From Chiloscyllium plagiosum (Eukaryota): 64,000 nucleotides of DNA. Made by a program: the position numbers and the translations under genes. Positions 24,601 to 35,229 of the stretch are shown piece after piece. The stretch is from the NCBI RefSeq assembly GCF_004010195.1, contig NC_057719.1, positions 7,969,280-8,033,279 on the forward strand, given 5' to 3'. The notes beneath the pieces are model-generated. The model did no database searches and was not told the DNA's origin. It was given only the letters and a program-made list of their open reading frames with translations. Each line of letters begins with the position of its first letter. Position 1 is the first letter of the stretch.

Positions 24601-24660
24601 GCAATAACACTTACACATGGATTAGAAAACGATCCCCATCGCTGGCTGGCTGAAGTGAAA
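24601..24660 (+). CDS. CEP128: CEP128 internal coding exon, 60 bp, phase 0/0
   Basis: Branch-like ctaat, acceptor tttctttgcag|, donor AAA|gtacgt. Encodes AITLTHGLENDPHRWLAEVK; DPHRWLAE is the CEP128 motif as I recall it from the human protein. Confidence 0.92.
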
Positions 24661-24873
24661 GTACGTATTCAGGGCACCGATATGATTGACTACTTTGGGG
24701 TCTCTACGGTGATGGTAAATTTACAGAAAATGTCTTTGACATTCTGGCAACAAGACTTTCAGAGTCACAGAACACAGCACTGCAAATGCATTAATTGAAA
24801 ATGTTGAAGACAATTTGAGGTTATGTGGTGAGGTGAGACTGTAAGGTCTAATAATGATCTTTAAAATTTTGAA

Positions 24874-24931
24874 CCAAAACAGAAGTTGAGCCTTCTGAGG
24901 AAGGGTCAGAGGACCTGAAACATTTTTTAAA
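24874..24931 (+). mobile_element. 58-bp insertion dominated by a hammerhead core (family C)
   Basis: 14-bp TSD tttaaaattttgaa (24860-24873, 24932-24945); CTGAGGA-A-GGGTC agag GACCT-GAAA-ca-TT at 24895-24924. Confidence 0.75.
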
Positions 24932-25129
24932 TTTAAAATTTTGAAGCTGTTTGTACAGTAAGCCGAGAGAAGGTAATTCCATGTTTGGAAACTATGCCCC
25001 TATCAGATAGTCACAAATAAATCCAATAAATCCAATAAGGAATTTGAAAGGACTATGTTTTAGTACAGAATGGTAGAATGCACAACTCCTTTGGTCCATT
25101 GATAAGAATTCCAGTTGCTCCATTGTCTT

Positions 25130-25690
25130 CCCAAAGCTGAAGTCCCTATAACACTCTCGTCAACCTTCTCTGTACCCTCACCAAAGTCTTTACATTCTGA
25201 AGTGTGATGCCCATAATTGTACACAGTACTCCAGTCGAGTCCTAATCATTGGTTTGTAAAGATTTAACATGATGTCCCTGTTCTTATAACCAGTTCAACT
25301 ATTTACAGAGCAGTGAATTCCATAATGTTTTTCAAAATGCCTTAACAACTAATCTTCCTCCCTTCACAGATTTGTGAATTCCTTTCTGGTCTCGTAGCCT
25401 TTGCTAACATTGTACCATTAGTTTATATTTTCTTTCTATGTTGTTCCTCTCAATATGTATTACTTCATATTTCTCCACATAAATTGCATCAGCTGTGTGT
25501 CTGCCCATTTCACCCGACCCTCTATGTTCTCTCGATGAATGGTGCAATCCTGTTCAATATTTGTGATGTTAAGTTTAGTATCATCTACAATCTTTAAAAT
25601 CTTACTTCTTACAGCAAGTCCTGATCATTTATAACAAGAAAACCAATGGTCCTAAAACCGACCCCCAAAGGGAAGCAACTGCTAATTATC
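25130..25690 (-). mobile_element. Decayed CR1 RT fragment
   Basis: gcccataattgtacacagtactccag (reverse of LEYCVQ), gtatcatctacaa (reverse of VDDT), tcctaaaaccgaccccc. Confidence 0.75.
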
Positions 25691-26400
25691 ATGAAGAAGA
25701 AAGGAATGGAGGAATGAGTGGGTAGAGTTACAAGATGGAGAGTAAGATGAAACCTGTTTAGAGAACTGGCACTGGCCAAATGGGCCAACGGGCCTGTATC
25801 TATACTGTCAGCTCGATCTGATTTCAAGATAATTAGAAATATTCAGGCTAGTAAATGGCTTTATTTTTCCATATCCTGATATACCTGTTATTAAAGTGTA
25901 GTACTTGGAATACTTTAGTTTTCCTTTAGAGCACTTCACAAAAGACTAAAGCAACTAATCTTAGAAAATGGCTCATATAAATAAATTGTCATGAACTCCA
26001 TGGCCAAATCCTAAATTTATGCTTGCATGTGAAAGTTAATTTTAAATATCTCAACAGACAACCTCTGCAGTGAGGTGACGCTTATGCAGTTGCCTGAAAA
26101 TAATTTGGGATGGTAGAATACTATTCTGGACATTGCATTGCTTCTGCCGCGGGAGAATACAGTCAGGCTTTCATTCTCATTGTAAATGTTGTTTCATGGA
26201 GGTTTTGTGATCATTAGATTTTTATAAAAGAGGACTTGCACTTGCTGTATCATCGAGCATGGTGAGACTAGGAATTCTTCCAGCAGGAAAAGAATGGCGC
26301 CTCATCAGATGTCACTTGCTTTAACATACTCGTGTCGCAACTTAAAAGTAAACCATTCTGACTTGGGCAAATTGCTTTTTCCTTACTCCTTGCAGAAGGA

Positions 26401-26667
26401 GGCACTACTGCCTCACAGCGCCAAGGACCCGGGTTCCATTCCACCCTCAGATGACTTGCCTGTGTGGAGTTTGCACATTCTCCCCGTGTCTGCATGGGTT
26501 TCCTCTGGGTGCTCCAGTTTCCTCCCACAGTACAAAGATATGCAGGTTAGGTGGATTGACCATGCTAAATTGTTCATAGTGTCCGGGGATGTGCAGGTTA
26601 GGTGGATTAGCCATGGGAAATGCAGGGTTACAGGGATAGGGGAGGGGGTGAGTCTGGATGGGATTCT
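26401..26667 (+). mobile_element. HE1-type V-SINE
   Basis: gcctcacagcgccaaggacccgggttccattcc, V core tgtgtggagtttgcacattctccccgtgtctgc...tttcctcccacag. Confidence 0.88.
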
Positions 26668-26919
26668 AATCTCAATAAACAAGTGAAATGGACCTGACAT
26701 CACTTGTGGTGAAAGATTAATTTTGTACTGTAGCATGCTGGAAAATTATTACTTTTTTGTTTATTAAAATTTTCGCATGTCAAACATTGGATGTATTCCT
26801 TTGGACTCTTAAAAAGCCATTGATCATCTGTGATAATCCACATAATGACCTTTGTTAAAACAAGAACAATAATGTGAAAAACATAGTGTTGGAAATATGC
26901 AAATACTTTGAGACCCAAT

Positions 26920-27880
26920 ATCAACATCTTATGGGTAACTACTGGCCAGAAATTGAACTGGACTAGCCATATAAATACTGCACCAATAAGAGCAGATCAG
27001 AGACTAGGAATTCTGCATTGATTAACTCAGCTTTTCTTCTCAACACTTGTCTACCATTTACAAGGAACAAGTTAGGAATGTGAGGGAATGCTCTCCAATT
27101 GCCTGGATGGTGCAGCTCCAATGCAGTTAAGAAGCTCAACACCATCCAGGACAAAGCAGTCTTGGTTAGCACCCCATCAATACCTTCAGTATTCAAACCT
27201 TTTACCACTGACACTTTCTGGCACCAATTTATACCACCTACAAGATTCATCACAGCAATTTGGGGGGGGGGGGAGCTGCATGGTGGCTCAATGTTTAGCA
27301 TTGCTGCCTAACAACTCCAAGGACGTGGGTTTGATTCCATTCTCAGGCGACAGTCTGTGTGGAGATTGCACGTTCTGCCCGTGCCTGCGTGGATTTCCTT
27401 TGAGCTCACTGATTTCCTTGCACAGCCTAAAAATGTGCAGGTTGATGAATTGGTCATGCTAAATTGCCCACAGTGTCCAGGAATGTGCAGGCTGAGTGGA
27501 TTAGTCATGAGAAATGCAGGGTCACAAGGATAGGTTGGGGGAGTGGGTCTGGGTGGAATACTCTTTGGAGGATTGGTATGGACCCAATGGGCTGAATGGT
27601 CTGCTTCCACACTGTAGGGATTCTATGATTCTATGTTTCTAACTCACCTAGGGTCCTCAGTCATCACCTTCCAATCTGTAACTGTTACCACCTAGAATGA
27701 CAAGGGAGCAGGTACATAGAAAGGTCACCACCTTGAAAACTTCCCTCCAAGTTGTGCATCTCATTTAGAACGATATCACCATTCCTTCACTTCTGCTGGT
27801 CAGTCCTGGAACTCCCTCGCTAATATCGCCTGACTGAAACAGTTCAAGAAGGCAGCACACCATCACTTTCTCAAGGACAT
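26920..27880 (+). mobile_element. L2-like LINE 3' fragment interrupted by an HE1 SINE
   Basis: ccagaaattgaactggactagccatataaatact, accatccaggacaaagcag; resumes after 27641 to ttcaagaaggcagc...tctcaagg. Confidence 0.75.
27272..27641 (+). mobile_element. Full-length HE1-type V-SINE
   Basis: Box A tggtggctcaatg, V core, LINE-like tail ccacactgtagggattctatgattctatg. Confidence 0.88.
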
Positions 27881-27930
27881 ATATGAACGAGAGTCCTTAA
27901 ATAAAAGAACAAACAAGTCTTTTTAAAAAG

Positions 27931-27975
27931 GAAATGTACCAACCCGAGAGGAAGCTGACTTCTCCACTGCTTCTG
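27931..27975 (+). CDS. Candidate unannotated 45-bp exon (EMYQPERKLTSPLLL)
   Basis: Consensus donor CTG|gtgagt at 27976, weak acceptor tctttttaaaaag|, open frame, length divisible by 3, ATG at 27934. No transcript evidence. Confidence 0.3.
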
Positions 27976-28225
27976 GTGAGTAATTTATACCATGTTCTTA
28001 TTGTGTTAGAAATGGATATCTCAGCAATTATTAATGCAGGTTATGTAATGTGCTTGGCAATAATTTAACTGCAAGCTTTTGAACTAAATTAGTAAATGTT
28101 TTGGGGGCATGCATGAAGCTGATGCACATTACCATTAAAATGTTGTGAGAATTTTGAAGCTGTGCTTCACTTCAATTGATATAATCCCATGTCAGTTAAA
28201 CCAAATATTTTTCTTTTTCCTGCAG

Positions 28226-28282
28226 AAAAAGAAGTTTGGAGGCACCCCTCATGATCCCTTGAAGTTTCAAGAGGAAAGTCAG
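28226..28282 (+). CDS. Candidate unannotated 57-bp exon (KKKFGGTPHDPLKFQEESQ)
   Basis: Strong acceptor tatttttctttttcctgcag|, donor CAG|gtggtc, phase 0/0. Reading through the donor gives VV then TAG at 28289-28291. No transcript evidence. Confidence 0.35.
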
Positions 28283-29515
28283 GTGGTCTAGGAAGATCCC
28301 AAGTGAATCCTTGTCAGAAGCAGCACGTATGGCTGCTTGCTAAAACAAGAAATCTTAGAACCGAAAGAGGTCTCATACCTATTGCCAATCTATGCTATCA
28401 CTATATTCCACTTCATTTCTCTGTCTAGAAATACTCTAATTTGTCCCTTAATGGTCCAACTTTGCAGGCAACTTCAATGATCTTCTGTGCTAATTTCTTT
28501 GTTTTCCCACCACGGGATAACAGTCCTTCTGTCTGACTGGGCTTCTTTCTTACAACTAGTTGTCTTCTGGTGTGGTAGAGCTTTAACCACTGTGAATTTA
28601 TCTCACCCGGTCCCCTTCGTAATCTTCAAACTTTAATTAACGTTGTCTCCAAAGTGTCATCCATACTCAGAAAACAAGCCTTTATAACTTCAGCTCATAC
28701 CGAGAATTTCTGGTACCTGAAATCATGTTTTTTTGGCCTTCCTGCACCCTCTCATGGGTAGAAATGAGTTATCAGTGGCAGTGATGAGATCTGATCATGA
28801 CACAAGACACAGGGCCTGACCAGTACGTTATAGAGCAACAATACAATTGCGTTTTAGCCACACTATAATATTGAGACATCTCTCACAGAGCCAATGCAAA
28901 TAAGAGCTAAATATTAACCAGAGTTCATGGATGCCAACCCCCAACCACTTCCAAAACGAAACTCACAAGAATTTAGCCTCGAATCAGAAAATAGAGAAAT
29001 GTGAAGGTTGGATTAAAGGGCTACGGATTTCTGATATATGTGCGGTTTTGTTGAATCAGTCAGTTCTGTTGCAACGACAGTGAGGTGCTGATTCTCAAGC
29101 CTACAGAGAGTGAGCTCACACCCACTGAATTACATTGAAAATTTTTCCACCTTTAGTATTTTGTTTCAAAAGAGACTGCGTACAACTTCTGTAATAATAA
29201 GTTTTAACCTGTTATAATGTTGTTTGTCTTAATGTTTAAGTTTTCTGTGCTCTTTGGAATAAAACGTGATCACATATTATTTGTCACAAGTCTTTTTAAA
29301 TGCTCTTCCTTGCACAGTTCACACGTACCCTCATTATCACGGTGAAGCTAGGCACGCAACTTCTGAAAATACCTAGATTTCTCATGGATTGTGTTGTTAC
29401 TCTTTAATGTTTTAAGTGGTCTAGAATGAATTAGTTTGACTTAATATTCCTTCCCGCGGCTACACACCTGACCTGAATCTGAGTTGTCCTTGTTCGATCC
29501 CTGCCCTATGATTAT

Positions 29516-29821
29516 GAGATTAGATTACCTACAGTGTGAAAACAGGCGCTTCGGCCCAACAAGTCCACATCGACTCTCCGAAGGTGAACCCACCCAGACC
29601 CATTTGTCTCTGACTAACGCACCTAACACAATGGGCAATTTAGCATGGCCAATTCACCTGACCTGCACATCTTTGGACTGTGGGAGGAAACTAGAGCACC
29701 CAGAGGAAACCCACGTAGACATGGGGAGAATGTGCCAACTCCACACCGACAGTCACCCGAGGTCAGAATCGAACCTGGGTCCCTGGCGCTGTGAGGCAGC
29801 AGTGCTAACCACTGTGCCACC
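29516..29821 (-). mobile_element. Full-length HE1-type V-SINE
   Basis: ctgcacatctttggactgtgggaggaaac...cctggcgctgtgaggcagcagtgctaaccactgtgccacc. Confidence 0.9.
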
Positions 29822-30409
29822 TGAGATACCAAGCATTCATCTGCTATGCTGGGCTGATCAACAAAACATTGTTTTTTTTGCTGACCTCCTATTCTCCACA
29901 CTGCAGCTTGTTCTGAGCAACACTGCGACACAAAATTGTCCCTTGCATTTATTTACCTATAGCCCTAATCTTTGCTGACCAAGACTAGTTTATGTCATCT
30001 CAACATAATTCATTTGAAATTCATGTTGTCTTCTGCAGCTCCCCAATCATCTTGCAGTACTTGATCTGTGTAATATTGTATCCTGCCATGTGTGATCTAT
30101 TCAACTGAGTCGGTTTTTGTATATTCTTCTCTACCATTGCACCATCATTACCCACTTTGCTGTTTGGGTTTCCTCTAAATCTCTCTGCTGCTCTACTTGT
30201 TATCTCATCAAAACCTGTCCATTTGCCTCAGCTTTAAGTCTCCTCTACTTTTTCCTTGGTATCCATTCTCCTTACGTCTTTTTGTGAAGCTCTTTGGAAT
30301 GTATTTTTATGCTAAATGTATTGTATTAAACTACGTAGTAGTTGTCTTAACTTGAAAAAGGAAAAAAGTTCATATTTTGAAAATTTGTTCAAACCTTAAT
30401 CCTGAAATG

Positions 30410-31110
30410 AGCAGATTGCCTTATGGGAGAAGGCTACACAGGCCTGTATCCTCTTGAGTTTATTAGAGTTGGAGGACCCTGAGGGGACTTGACTGAGTTG
30501 ATGTTGAAAGGATGTTTTCTCCTGTGGGAGAATCTAGAACTAGGAGTCATAGTTTATAAATAAAGAGGTGTCCTTTAAAGCCAGAGATGACAAAACCTTC
30601 TTTTCTCTGAGCGTTCTGAGTCTTTAGAATTGCCTTCCTCAAAAGTCATTGTCAGAGAGTCACACAGCACGGAAACAGACCCTCGGATCCAACTTGTCCG
30701 TGCCAAACAAGTTTCCCAAACTAAAACTTGTTCCATTTGCCTGCATTTGTCCCAAATCCCTCTAAGCCTTGCCTATTCATGTATCTGTTCAAATGTCTTT
30801 TAAATGTGGGAACTGTACCTACATCTACCACTTCCTCACGCAGTTAATTCCATATATGAACTACCCTCTGCGTAAAACATTGCCCCTCATGTCCCTTTTA
30901 AATCTTTCTCCTCTCACCTTAAAAGTATGCCTTCTAGTTTTGAACTCCCCCATCCTCAAGAAAAGACTATTGCTATTCATGTTATCTGTGAACCTTTAAA
31001 TATTTTGAATACAAAGGTAGGTTGATTCTTAATTACCACAAAAGATTATTACAGATCTGCAGGAATATCGGTTAAAATGAGATTAAAATCAGATCTGACT
31101 GAATGACTGA
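30410..31110 (+). mobile_element. CR1 3' fragment with an opposite-strand HER1 tail nested at about 30655-30990
   Basis: gtgggagaatctagaactagg on the left; nested cacagcacggaaacagaccctc on the minus strand. Confidence 0.75.
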
Positions 31111-32902
31111 TTGATTTGTGAGTCACTATTGTGAAGTTAGGTGTTGATTGTTTTATGCATGATATAAAAGGTACCATGTTACATTTCATCCCATGGTTGA
31201 AAGCATTAATTCCCCAGTGAGTGTGCATTGGTGATGAACTTAGAATGGGTAACTCCAGTATTAATCTCTTAGTAGCAGCTCAATTTCAGTTTTATGTTAG
31301 ATCTAGATTTTGGTTAAGGAAGTGAAAATCAGTCATTGGGCGTGGAAATTAAAGCCTCACCTTGAAGTTTGGAAAATGAGGATATTTCATTGGATGATGG
31401 GTGGCAGGTCCTGACCCAATTAAGTCCTGACTGGGAAGACCTGTGGTAACTTCCCTGCCCTGGCACCAGTTAAGGATCTAAATGGGCAATTGATGCTCAT
31501 CTAAGGACTTCATCACACGCTGATGGTAGTGGCCAAGCGACTCATCATGCAGAAACCTAGAAAGCAAAACACTTGTCCTGAGCGGGATCCCTCATTCAAA
31601 GGCATCCAACATTTGGAAGAAAGAGCCTAACCTCATGACTCCACACACCTTTCTACTCACCTGCAAGTAAATTTAAAGCTCTGGTTTCATAGCAGTCTGC
31701 AATCAAAATCTTTTCAAATCTCCTTTTTATCATTATGTTATATTTTTGCTCTAGATGTAAAAAAAACTTTGCTTTGCTCTCTGTTTAAAAATATCACAAA
31801 GCATCAGGAATCAATACAGTAGCTTCACATGGTGTGCCGTTGCTTGCCAGGAAACTTTCTTTCACAGTAGACCACATGTAAACACGAGAGCAAATAAGTT
31901 GAAATGTTTCAGGCCAGATTTTTTATTCAGAGCAGAAGGACATTACAATTGCTCATGGGACTGGTTCTGATCTGGGGAAGTTCACCATCACCATCATTCA
32001 GTAGGCTAATTTTTTCCACCATTTTTTGAAATTGTAGCATAGACATATATCAAGAAGGCGCCCTCTCACACCATCGTAGAGGAGTAGATGTCTCACTTCT
32101 ATTCGGTAAAGTTAGACCACCTATGATCTCCTTTGACTGTAAAATAGGTGAATAGTGACTCAGAAATCTTTCAGCTTGTGACTGCAGTGGTATTTTTACA
32201 AATGCTTGACTATGATAAATACAATTAAAGAAATGCCGTTGTTGTTTAGCAGTGAAGGTCAGTATGCCTGACAGTAGCTAAATTTGGAATAGAAAGGCAG
32301 GTAGAGGACAGAGATGCAGGCTGTACGAAGATTGTGGGTTAATCTCTATTAAAGGCATCAACACAATTTTTCTCATTCCTGTAATAGATTTTATTTCTTC
32401 AGACCTTAAGAATGTATCAGTTTTGGATAAAATTTGTGACCACTGTAATATTGTAAACTTTTTAAGCTCATCTTTGCTCAGATCATATTTGCCTGAACAA
32501 ATTATTTTTGTGAAAAACGTTGTTGATCAAAATTTTTTAACCTTCTGAAAGTCTAAGGTTCAGATGCTAACAGGATCTTCACACTCTACAGCAGTGCATC
32601 TAATAAGTACACTTATGGGTATACTTGGAAGAATGTTTCTTTAAAGATCACTTAAGAATTTGGATCTGATTAAATTTTGAGCTTGCTGATATCTTTAAAC
32701 CAATTTAACTTTTAAATTACAAATTCACAATTGGATCAATGGGTCCTGTTCTACTGACCGACAGATTAAAATGAAAATTACAGAGAAGGACAAACTAACT
32801 TGATGAAATAAATTTAGAATTTACTCAGTAAAAGTTCAATATACTTAAAACATGGACGTCATAGGGTGTGAAGTCTTTGGATGCTAATAGTATAGTTGGA
32901 TT

Positions 32903-33207
32903 TCATAGAATCCCTACAGTGTAGAAACAGGCCATTTGGCCCAACAAGTCCACACCAACCCTGTGAAGAGTATCCCATCCAGACCCATTCCCTATTATTC
33001 CTCATTTCCCCTGACTAAAACACCTAGCCTATACATTCGTGAACACTATGGGCAATTTAGCATTGCCAATCCACCTAATCTGCATATCTTTGGACTGTAG
33101 GAGGAAACTGGAACAAACTCCATACAGACAGTCACCCAAGGCTGGAATTGAACCTGGGTGCTTGGCCCTGTGAGGTAGCAGCACTCACCACTGAGCCACC
33201 ATGCCAC
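32903..33207 (-). mobile_element. HE1-type V-SINE
   Basis: catagaatccctacagtg...tggactgtaggaggaaac...ccactgagccacc. Confidence 0.88.
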
Positions 33208-34062
33208 TTGGTTTAATGCATCTTGGGACAGTTTTCACCATAGGAGTGATGATGTTGACTGTGCCCTAAATGAATTGAAACATACAGCATTTAAAAATAG
33301 TTTGGGGATTTCTTGTGCCATATTTGGAAATTGCTTGTATTAACAATCATTTGGTTAGGTCAGGAGATCGCTCCCTCTCCCTTCATAGCTGAAGTCATTA
33401 ACAAGTAACTGAAAAAAAAAACAGGTGTTCATTCCAACTATTGATGTTTCGAGATGTTATATGAAGTTGTCTGGTATCAGAACATATGTTTAGCAGGCTT
33501 TTTCAACATTTTCACAGGTACTTAAAATAATTCATTAGTATCAGCGATAAGTGGTGTCTTGTGTTAAAATGAGGAAAAATAAGCAAATAATTTGTCTTGA
33601 ATATTTTAATATTGATTATACTTAATTGATCAATATGCTGGAAGACTATTCTCATCAAAAGTCCATGTGTGATTTGTGTTGCTATGAGCTTTTATCGTGT
33701 GATAGGGAGGGGCACATGCTATGATTTCTTAGGAAGCCTTGAATCTGTCTCTTTAAGACAGGGGTGCTGTTTGTGAGCACTTCAGCCAAGCTAACCCTTA
33801 TCAATAAGTCATTTCTCATGTACTGACAAGTCTGCATTTGTTTTCAAGCTGTCTCTGCAGTTTTGAATTGGTAGCAACTTGATCAATTTAACTGTTAATT
33901 ACCTCTCTCTCAGCAGGCAAACCCTAAATTAATTTATTCAAAATGTGATTAGTATAGGATTCCTAGATGTAAATTGTAATTAATGTAAAGTCCTAAAAGT
34001 AGTATATTATCCAAATTTTATACAATAGTATGACTCAAACCACCTCTGATCATTATTATTAA

Positions 34063-34267
34063 GCTGTGGAGGTGCTGGTGTTGGCCTGAGGTGGACAAAG
34101 TCGGAAGTCACACAACACCAGTATGTAGTAGCCCAATGAGTTTATCTGAAATCACAAGCTTTCAGGGTGCTGCTGCTTCGTCAGGTGAAGTGATGAAGGA
34201 CCTGGTGAAGGAGCAGTGCTCTGAAAGCTTGTGATTTCAAATAAACCTGGTGTTGTATGACTTCTGA
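34063..34267. mobile_element. Penelope-like fold-back cassette (family B) with two divergent hammerhead motifs
   Basis: TSD cattatta(t/c)taa (34051-34062, 34268-34279); minus motif 34153-34187, plus motif 34199-34233. Confidence 0.8.
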
Positions 34268-34392
34268 CATTATTACTAATTCATATGATCTAAATTCCGT
34301 TTCTTCCTTTTTGTTCAAAAGTTCTGACTAATTTGGATCAGACTTTGATACAAATGGTACTTCAGAATCTGACTAACAATATTGCTTTTTAG

Positions 34393-34585
34393 ACCAAACT
34401 ACAGTGGCTATGTGAAGAAATGAAGGAACGAGAAGGACGAGAGCTCAAACTACGATCCCACCTCCGACAGTGTCGTGTGCAGTTGAAGGAACTCCTACAG
34501 GACAAGGAGTCCGAGAGTCAGCTTTTCATAGAGCAAATCGCAAAGCAAGAACGTCTTCTTGAGGAAATACACAAGGAAAAAAGAG
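34393..34585 (+). CDS. CEP128: CEP128 internal coding exon, 193 bp, phase 0/1 (absent from the ORF track)
   Basis: Branch-like gactaac, acceptor attgctttttag|, donor GAG|gttagt. Encodes TKLQWLCEEMKEREGRELKLRSHLRQCRVQLKELLQDKESESQLFIEQIAKQERLLEEIHKEKR, a coiled-coil matching recalled human TKLQWLCEELKERENREK...QEQLLDEIHREKR. Confidence 0.92.
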
Positions 34586-35229
34586 GTTAGTCCTGTATCC
34601 TCATTGTCGAGATGAGGTATAAGTCAGATGTAACCAGGAGAAACAATAATACATTACTGACCAACACCAGTGCACTTTCTCAAGGTGTTGGGTAGAGAGG
34701 AAACATTCAGTGTTTGTAATTAAAATCCATGCTGACCTCCCACAGTGGTTGCATTGTGGAGTGATGAACTATTATTGAATGCAGTAATTGGTCTTTGTTG
34801 AAATTTCTGGACACAAATAATAAAGGAAAATTAATCAGGTATGGGTACAATGTGGAATTCCAGCTGTAGGATTGTGAGGTTAAAATGATTGTAATAATTT
34901 CGACTACCTGTTGCCGGTGCTGAGTGGGAGTGTATAATAAATAAGATTTTATTGTCTATACCTGTTTAAAGAAAAATAAATCTATTGTATTGGAAGTGAT
35001 GTTATGGTTCAAATATCTAAAAGAGCCCCGGTTTTATTTGTGAAATTCATGTAAGTACTTCCCAACAGGAATCAACTGTAATAGAGTTGAAATATATACA
35101 CTGAGAATATCTAGTTGTATTCAGCAAAATGGAAAGTTAGGAAGATTGAAGAAACTGAGATTGTGTAGAGTGGTTGGTGTGGAATCTGAATATTATTATG
35201 GACTTATACTTTTCTGTAATTTTTGTACT

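Noticed and set aside
26268..29978. ORFs such as HLTCTSLDCGRKLEHPEETH
   Set aside because: Recurrent translations of HE1 SINEs, not genes.
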